A DNA stretch of 49,125 bases from Dehalococcoidales bacterium. GTDB lineage: Bacteria > Chloroflexota > Dehalococcoidia > Dehalococcoidales > RBG-16-60-22. Below the pieces are notes generated by a model that did not search any database, was not told where the DNA came from, and saw only the letters and a list, made by a program, of their open reading frames with translations. The DNA lies in the NCBI GenBank assembly GCA_034430515.1, contig DAOUEP010000027.1, forward strand, positions 1-49,125, read 5' to 3'. Of this stretch, positions 44,874 through 49,125 are shown in pieces. Numbering within the stretch: the stretch's first letter is position 1; every line of letters starts with the position of its first letter. A program made the position numbers and the translations under genes.

Positions 44874-45611
44874 ATGCCAATGGTAAAACTGACGATAAAC
44901 GGACGCCAAATCCAGGCCGAGGCGGGCACCCCCGTGCTGGCCGCCGCCCGGGCGCACAACATCTATATCCCCACCCTCTGCGAGAACGAGGCCGTCGCCC
45001 CTTACGGCGCCTGCCGGCTCTGCCTGGTGGAAATCAGGACGGCCAAGGGCCGCGAGCGGCTGGTGACCTCCTGCATTTACCAGGTGGAAGAAGGGCTGAC
45101 CGTAACCACCGATACCGAGCGCATCCGGGCCATCCGCAAGGTGCTCCTGGAGCTATTGCTGGCGCGCTGCCCCGAGTCCGAAGTTATCCGCGATATGGCC
45201 GCCGCTGCCGGCGTCACCAAAACGCGCTTCGAGGAGCAGAAAGGCAATAACAAGTGCATCCTCTGCGCCAACTGCGTGCGTACCTGCGAGGAGGTGGTCG
45301 GGGTGGCCGCCATCTCGCTGGCCCGACGCGGCGTGGAGAGGGAGATGACCACGCCCTTCAACGAAGACTTCTCGGCGGCCTGCATCGGCTGCGGCTCGTG
45401 CGCCTATAGCTGCCCCACCGGCGCCATCACCCTCACCGACAAGGGCGGCGTGAGGACGATTAGCTGGCCGCACAACCGGATGAAGTTCGCCCTCAAGAAG
45501 TGCTCCGTCTGCGGCAACTACTGGGCGCCCCAGAAGCAGATTGAGTACATCGCCGAGCTGTCCGGTACGCCGCTTTCCGATTACGATAATTGCCCCGACT
45601 GCCGCGAGTAG
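44874..45611 (+). CDS. NuoG/HydA N-terminal-like Fe-S protein ([2Fe-2S] plus 2x[4Fe-4S]), no catalytic domain
   Basis: The sequence contains LTINGRQIQAEAGTPVL...IPTLC...GACRLCLVE, CILCANCVRTC and CIGCGSCAYSCP. It is only 245 aa. Confidence 0.82.
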   Translation: MPMVKLTINGRQIQAEAGTPVLAAARAHNIYIPTLCENEAVAPYGACRLCLVEIRTAKGRERLVTSCIYQVEEGLTVTTDTERIRAIRKVLLELLLARCPESEVIRDMAAAAGVTKTRFEEQKGNNKCILCANCVRTCEEVVGVAAISLARRGVEREMTTPFNEDFSAACIGCGSCAYSCPTGAITLTDKGGVRTISWPHNRMKFALKKCSVCGNYWAPQKQIEYIAELSGTPLSDYDNCPDCRE

Positions 45612-45634
45612 ATTATCTTTAGTAGGATTTCCTG

Positions 45635-45663
45635 AGAGGGGCTTAACGCCCCTCTTTTCTTTT
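45635..45663 (+). terminator. Intrinsic terminator of the por-nuoEF-like operon
   Basis: AGAGGGGC-ttaac-GCCCCTCT followed by TTTTCTTTT. Confidence 0.8.
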
Positions 45664-45975
45664 ACCCCCTAACCCCCACTCCGCAGAGTTTTTCTTTCCC
45701 ACCCGGCCCGCCCTGTGGCATCCTGCCACCACTCGCTGGGGGTTTCCCCACCCCGCTCCGGTGAAAATCCTCCTTAATCCCCCTTTATGAAAGGGGGACA
45801 ATAGTTCTGGCACGATGGGTCGTCTCCCTTTGTAAAAGGGAGAGTGAGAAGGATTTTGGAGTGGGGTGGAGAAAACTCCGGGCTAAGCGGCGGATGCCGC
45901 GAGGGCAGTTTACCCGCCAGAGCCTTGGCGCAGGCGGGGCCAGGGTGGGAATAGATAGCTCCGGCAGGGTGGGGT
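45664..45975 (+). repeat. Full-length composite repeat element with inverted terminal arms (core at 45943-45957; inverted core at 45695-45704)
   Basis: It is collinear with 25546-25835 along its whole length, apart from one ~20-nt and one ~28-nt indel. Confidence 0.88.
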
Positions 45976-45988
45976 GGAGCCTACACTC

Positions 45989-46017
45989 TTGCGCGCCGTG
46001 ATGGCCTCGGCTATACT
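45989..46017 (+). promoter_or_regulatory. Promoter of tRNA-Pro
   Basis: TTGCGC, a 17-nt spacer, then TATACT, ending 8 nt before the tRNA. Confidence 0.6.
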
Positions 46018-46025
46018 GTAGCCGT

Positions 46026-46104
46026 CGGGGTGTGGCGCAGTCTGGTTTAGCGCGCAGCGTTTGGGACGCTGAGGTCGGTGGTTCAAATCCACTCACCCCG
46101 ACCA
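46026..46104 (+). tRNA. tRNA-Pro (anticodon TGG), CCA encoded
   Basis: The sequence is CGGGGTGTGGCGCAGTCTGG...CAGCGTTTGGGACGCTG...GGTTCAAATCCACTCACCCCGACCA. Confidence 0.88.
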
Positions 46105-46188
46105 GCCCGACCAAGTGGACATAATATCCACTTCACCCCGTGCATCGTTTTACCCTCAAATAGCCCGGGTTCCTGGCCGTATTCGCCG

Positions 46189-46217
46189 TTGACAATTTTT
46201 ATTGATGCGTGTAAAAT
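46189..46217 (+). promoter_or_regulatory. Promoter of nrpR
   Basis: TTGACA (46189-46194), a 17-nt spacer, then TAAAAT (46212-46217), in an AT-rich intergenic region. Confidence 0.7.
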
Positions 46218-46229
46218 TTCTAAGAATAC

Positions 46230-46243
46230 GGAAAACGGTTTCC
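46230..46243 (+). promoter_or_regulatory. Candidate NrpR operator GGAA-N6-TTCC
   Basis: GGAAAACGGTTTCC lies 13 nt downstream of the -10 box and 23 nt upstream of the nrpR ATG. It matches the palindromic operator consensus described for methanogen NrpR. Confidence 0.6.
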
Positions 46244-46266
46244 TATTACCTTATTTTGGAGCAACC

Positions 46267-47307
46267 ATGCCCTTTGAGTCGCAAGAGGTAGAGCGTAAGG
46301 AGCTGGCCATCCTCAGAATCCTGGGCGACTCCGCCGAGCCGGTCGGCGCCCGCGTCATCGCCCAGCGCCTCCACGAGCACGGCTACGAGCTGGGCGAGCG
46401 GGCGGTGCGCTACCACCTGCGTCTCATGGACGAGCGCGGTCTCACCTTCCTGGTCGGCCAGCGCGACGGACGCATCCTCACCGACAAGGGCATGGCCGAG
46501 GTGCAGTCGGCCCTGGTGGGCGATAAAGTCGGCTTCGCCAGCTCCCGCATCGAGACGCTCTCCTTCCGCACCTCTTTCGACAGCGCCGTCCGCCGCGGCC
46601 TGGTGCCGGTCAACCTGTCCTTCTACGCCCGGGAAGACTTCGAGCGGGCGCTCCGGGCGATGCGGCCCGCCTTCGAGGCCGGTTACGCCGCCAGCGACCT
46701 GGTAGCCGTGGCTGCCGAGGGCAAGCCCCTGGGCGACATGACGGTGCCGCCGGGCAAGATAGGGCTGGCCACCGTCTGCTCTCTGGTCTTTAACGGGGTG
46801 CTCCTCAAGGCGGGCGTGCCCATGGACTCGCGTTTCGGGGGGATTTTGCAGCTGCGCGGCCGCCAGGCCCGCCGCTTTACCGAGCTTATCGACTACGCCG
46901 GCTGCTCGCTGGACCCGTCGATGATTTTCATCAAGGCGCGGATGACCTCGGTGACCGACGTCGTCGCCACCGGCGACGGCGAGGTTCTGGCCAACTTCCG
47001 CGAGATTCCGGCGGTCTGCCGCCCCGTGGCCGAGGCGGTTATCGGGGGGCTGGAGGAGGCCGGTCTCCGGGGTCTGGCCGTCATGGGCGAGGCCAGCCAG
47101 CCGGTCTGCGAGATACCGGTGGGCCTCAACAAGATAGGCGTCGTCCTGCTGGGCGGCCTCAACCCGGTGGCCGCCGCCGAGGAGGCCGGTATCGCCGCCG
47201 ATAACCTGCCGATGAGCACCGTCATGGAATACGGCGACCTCGTTCCCTTCCGCGACGCCGTCATCGAGTACCGCGACCTGGTGCGTTTCTGGGAGACCTC
47301 AAGGTAG
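46267..47307 (+). CDS. nrpR: NrpR-family (winged-HTH plus DUF128) nitrogen regulatory repressor
   Basis: LAILRILGDSAEPVGARVIAQRLHEHGYELGERAVRYHLRLMDERGLT is the typical NrpR N-terminus. I chose the ATG at 46267; the track ORF runs back through tRNA-Pro. Confidence 0.8.
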   Translation: MPFESQEVERKELAILRILGDSAEPVGARVIAQRLHEHGYELGERAVRYHLRLMDERGLTFLVGQRDGRILTDKGMAEVQSALVGDKVGFASSRIETLSFRTSFDSAVRRGLVPVNLSFYAREDFERALRAMRPAFEAGYAASDLVAVAAEGKPLGDMTVPPGKIGLATVCSLVFNGVLLKAGVPMDSRFGGILQLRGRQARRFTELIDYAGCSLDPSMIFIKARMTSVTDVVATGDGEVLANFREIPAVCRPVAEAVIGGLEEAGLRGLAVMGEASQPVCEIPVGLNKIGVVLLGGLNPVAAAEEAGIAADNLPMSTVMEYGDLVPFRDAVIEYRDLVRFWETSR

Positions 47308-47368
47308 CCAACCACGGGACAGCCGCCCGAGATTATATCAAAAAGTCGGAAAGGAGTAACCAAATCCC

Positions 47369-48961
47369 ATGAACCTGCAACGCCCCAATGCCAATGACGC
47401 CACCCGTACCGCCAACCGCTCGCGCAGCGTCTCGCCGATGAGCGGCCTCTGCACCCGTTGTATCGACGGCTGCACCGGCAACTGCGAGGTCTTTAAGGCG
47501 ACCTTCCGCGGCCGCGAGCTGATTTACCCCGGCCCGTTCGGCGAGATCACCGCCGGAGGCGATAAGGACTACCCGGTCGACTACTCGCACCTCAACATCC
47601 AGGGGTACGCCCTGGGCGCCCGCGGCCTGCCCGAAGGCGTGGAGGGCAATCCGGACACGGCCACCTTCCCCTCGGTGAGCACCGAGACGGACTACGGCTG
47701 GGATATCAAGGTCAAGATGAAGACGCCCATCTTCACCGGGGCACTGGGCTCCACCGAAATCGCCCGCAAGAACTGGGAGCACTTCGCCATCGGGGCGGCC
47801 CTGAGCGGCGTGACGCTGGTCTGCGGCGAGAACGTCTGCGGCATCGACCCCAAGCTGGTGCGCAACAAGAACGGCCTGGTCACCTCCGCCCCGGACATGG
47901 ACCGCCGCATCGAGACCTACCGACGCTACCACCAGGGCTACGGGGAAATTCTGGTGCAGATGAACGTGGAGGATACCCGCCTGGGCGTGGCCGAGTACGT
48001 CCACAACAAGCACGGCCTGGAGACCATCGAGCTCAAGTGGGGCCAGGGCGCCAAGTGCATCGGCGGGGAAATCAAGGTCAACTCGCTGGAGCGGGCTTTA
48101 GAGCTGCAAAAGCGCGGCTACATCGTCACGCCCGACCCATCCAACCCGGTCAACCAGGCCGCCTTCAAGGACGGCGCCATCAGGGAGTTCGAGCGACACT
48201 CCCGCCTGGGCTTCATCGACGAAGAAGGCTTCTACGCCGAGGTCGAACGGCTGCGCAACATCGGCTTCAAGCGCGTCACCCTCAAGACGGGCGCCTACGG
48301 CCTGCGCGAGCTGGCCATGGCCATCAAGTGGAGCTCCAAGGCTAAAATTGATTTACTCACCATCGACGGCGCCCCCGGCGGCACCGGCATGAGCCCCTGG
48401 CGCATGATGGAGGAGTGGGGCATGCCCTCGCTCTACCTGCACGCCGCCGCCTGCGATTTCTGCCAGAAGCTGGCCGATAAGGGCGAGCGCGTGCCCGATA
48501 TCGCCTTCGCCGGGGCGTTCTCCAGCGAGGACGGCGTCTTTAAGGCGCTGGCGATGGGGTCGCCTTTCTGCAAGGCCGTCTGCATGGGCCGCGCCCTGAT
48601 GATTCCCGGCATGGTGGGCAAGAACATCGGCCTGTGGCTCAAGGACGGCAAGCTGCCCAACACCGTCAGCCAGTTCGGCTCCACGCCGGAGGAAATCTTC
48701 ATCAACTACGAGGACGTCAAGAACATCGTCGGCGCCGGCGAAATCAAGAATATCCCGCTGGGGGCCATCGGCATCTACAGCTACAGCGAGAAGATAAGGG
48801 TGGGGCTGCAGCAGCTCATGGCCGGGGCGCGCTGCTTCTCCATCCCGGCCATCTCCCGCCGCGAGCTGATGAGCCTTACCGAGGAATGCGCCAAAGTTAC
48901 CGGCATCCCGTACCTGATGGAGGCCTACCGCGAGGAGGCGATGGAGATTCTGAACGGGTAG
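47369..48961 (+). CDS. Glutamate synthase-related FMN-binding protein (archaeal-type GltB domain)
   Basis: The N-terminal Cys cluster reads CTRCIDGCTGNCEV. It has a TIM-barrel FMN domain (DGAPGGTG, GRALM). Confidence 0.78.
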   Translation: MNLQRPNANDATRTANRSRSVSPMSGLCTRCIDGCTGNCEVFKATFRGRELIYPGPFGEITAGGDKDYPVDYSHLNIQGYALGARGLPEGVEGNPDTATFPSVSTETDYGWDIKVKMKTPIFTGALGSTEIARKNWEHFAIGAALSGVTLVCGENVCGIDPKLVRNKNGLVTSAPDMDRRIETYRRYHQGYGEILVQMNVEDTRLGVAEYVHNKHGLETIELKWGQGAKCIGGEIKVNSLERALELQKRGYIVTPDPSNPVNQAAFKDGAIREFERHSRLGFIDEEGFYAEVERLRNIGFKRVTLKTGAYGLRELAMAIKWSSKAKIDLLTIDGAPGGTGMSPWRMMEEWGMPSLYLHAAACDFCQKLADKGERVPDIAFAGAFSSEDGVFKALAMGSPFCKAVCMGRALMIPGMVGKNIGLWLKDGKLPNTVSQFGSTPEEIFINYEDVKNIVGAGEIKNIPLGAIGIYSYSEKIRVGLQQLMAGARCFSIPAISRRELMSLTEECAKVTGIPYLMEAYREEAMEILNG

Positions 48962-49077
48962 GGTTTTTAGGTTAATTCAGGGATAAGAGAACGGGCTCCG
49001 AGAAATCGGGGCACGTTTTTATTTGTATATCATTGGATATAAAATAAAGCGTGGTATCCTAACAAGGAGGTGCTGCT

Positions 49078-49125
49078 ATGTTTAAAGGAGTTTATGAAAA
49101 ACTAGAGCGCGCTAAGTACTTCCTC
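49078..49125 (+). CDS. 5' end of an unidentified low-GC ORF (truncated by the window)
   Basis: AAGGAGG lies 8 nt before the ATG and the peptide begins MFKGVYEKLERAKYFL. Only 16 codons are visible. Confidence 0.3.
   Translation, partial: MFKGVYEKLERAKYFL

Noticed and set aside
44874-45611. Third Nuo-like gene as an [FeFe]-hydrogenase or formate dehydrogenase catalytic subunit (a Hym/Hnd-like operon).
   Set aside because: The ORF is only 245 aa. It contains only the N-terminal [2Fe-2S] and two [4Fe-4S] motifs, with no H-cluster or molybdopterin domain, and a terminator follows immediately.

Overview
This is a GC-rich (about 60-65%) bacterial chromosomal segment, densely coding, with housekeeping genes mixed with anaerobe-type redox genes. 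The gene content suggests a strictly anaerobic Chloroflexota (Dehalococcoidia-like) organism; that taxonomic call is inference only. It rests on an archaeal-type NrpR regulator, the COG1900/NIL-ferredoxin/COG2122 sulfide-assimilation trio, a two-gene SufCB Fe-S system, pyruvate:ferredoxin oxidoreductase and rubredoxin.

Features supported by reading the translations:
- comM
- tRNA-Phe and tRNA-Gly
- cdd and an MFS transporter
- a panC-panB-panD-(PanG-like reductase) operon with a leader attenuator
- hisA and hisI
- rplU-rpmA-rpmE and a DUF1385 gene
- one long minus-strand operon: ferritin-like, sufC, sufB/D, flavin reductase, rubredoxin, tandem ferritin-like, Rieske, ferritin-like, small ORF, htrA, coaE
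- the sulfide-assimilation trio
- aspS, tig and clpP
- dprA-topA-xerC
- pepP, efp, a PHP protein and a PurN-like protein
- two tRNA-Ser
- a GNAT/cupin/unknown/Zn-ribbon/sugar-nucleotidyltransferase/CaCA block
- an ArsB/NhaD-family permease
- tRNA-Arg followed by porGDAB fused in one operon to nuoE/nuoF/nuoG-N-terminal-like genes
- tRNA-Pro
- nrpR plus a glutamate-synthase-like gene

Most notable observations:
1. An unannotated glutaredoxin gene has an in-frame TGA replacing the first Cys of CPYC, making it a likely selenoprotein.
2. A very abundant modular hairpin repeat family has about 10 loci in 49 kb. Its core is GGGTGGGAATAGATA, two ~300-bp copies carry ~45-nt terminal inverted repeats, and one copy has inverted modules.
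3. The xerC gene is a sharp compositional chimera: the first ~770 nt are ~37% GC and the last ~190 nt match the host GC.
4. A perfect archaeal NrpR operator (GGAA-N6-TTCC) lies between a consensus promoter and nrpR.
5. An intrinsic terminator lies inside the pan operon leader, a candidate pan-motif attenuator.
6. rplU and hisA appear to start at AUU and AUA.

All coordinates for starts, promoters and repeat borders were read by eye and are approximate.
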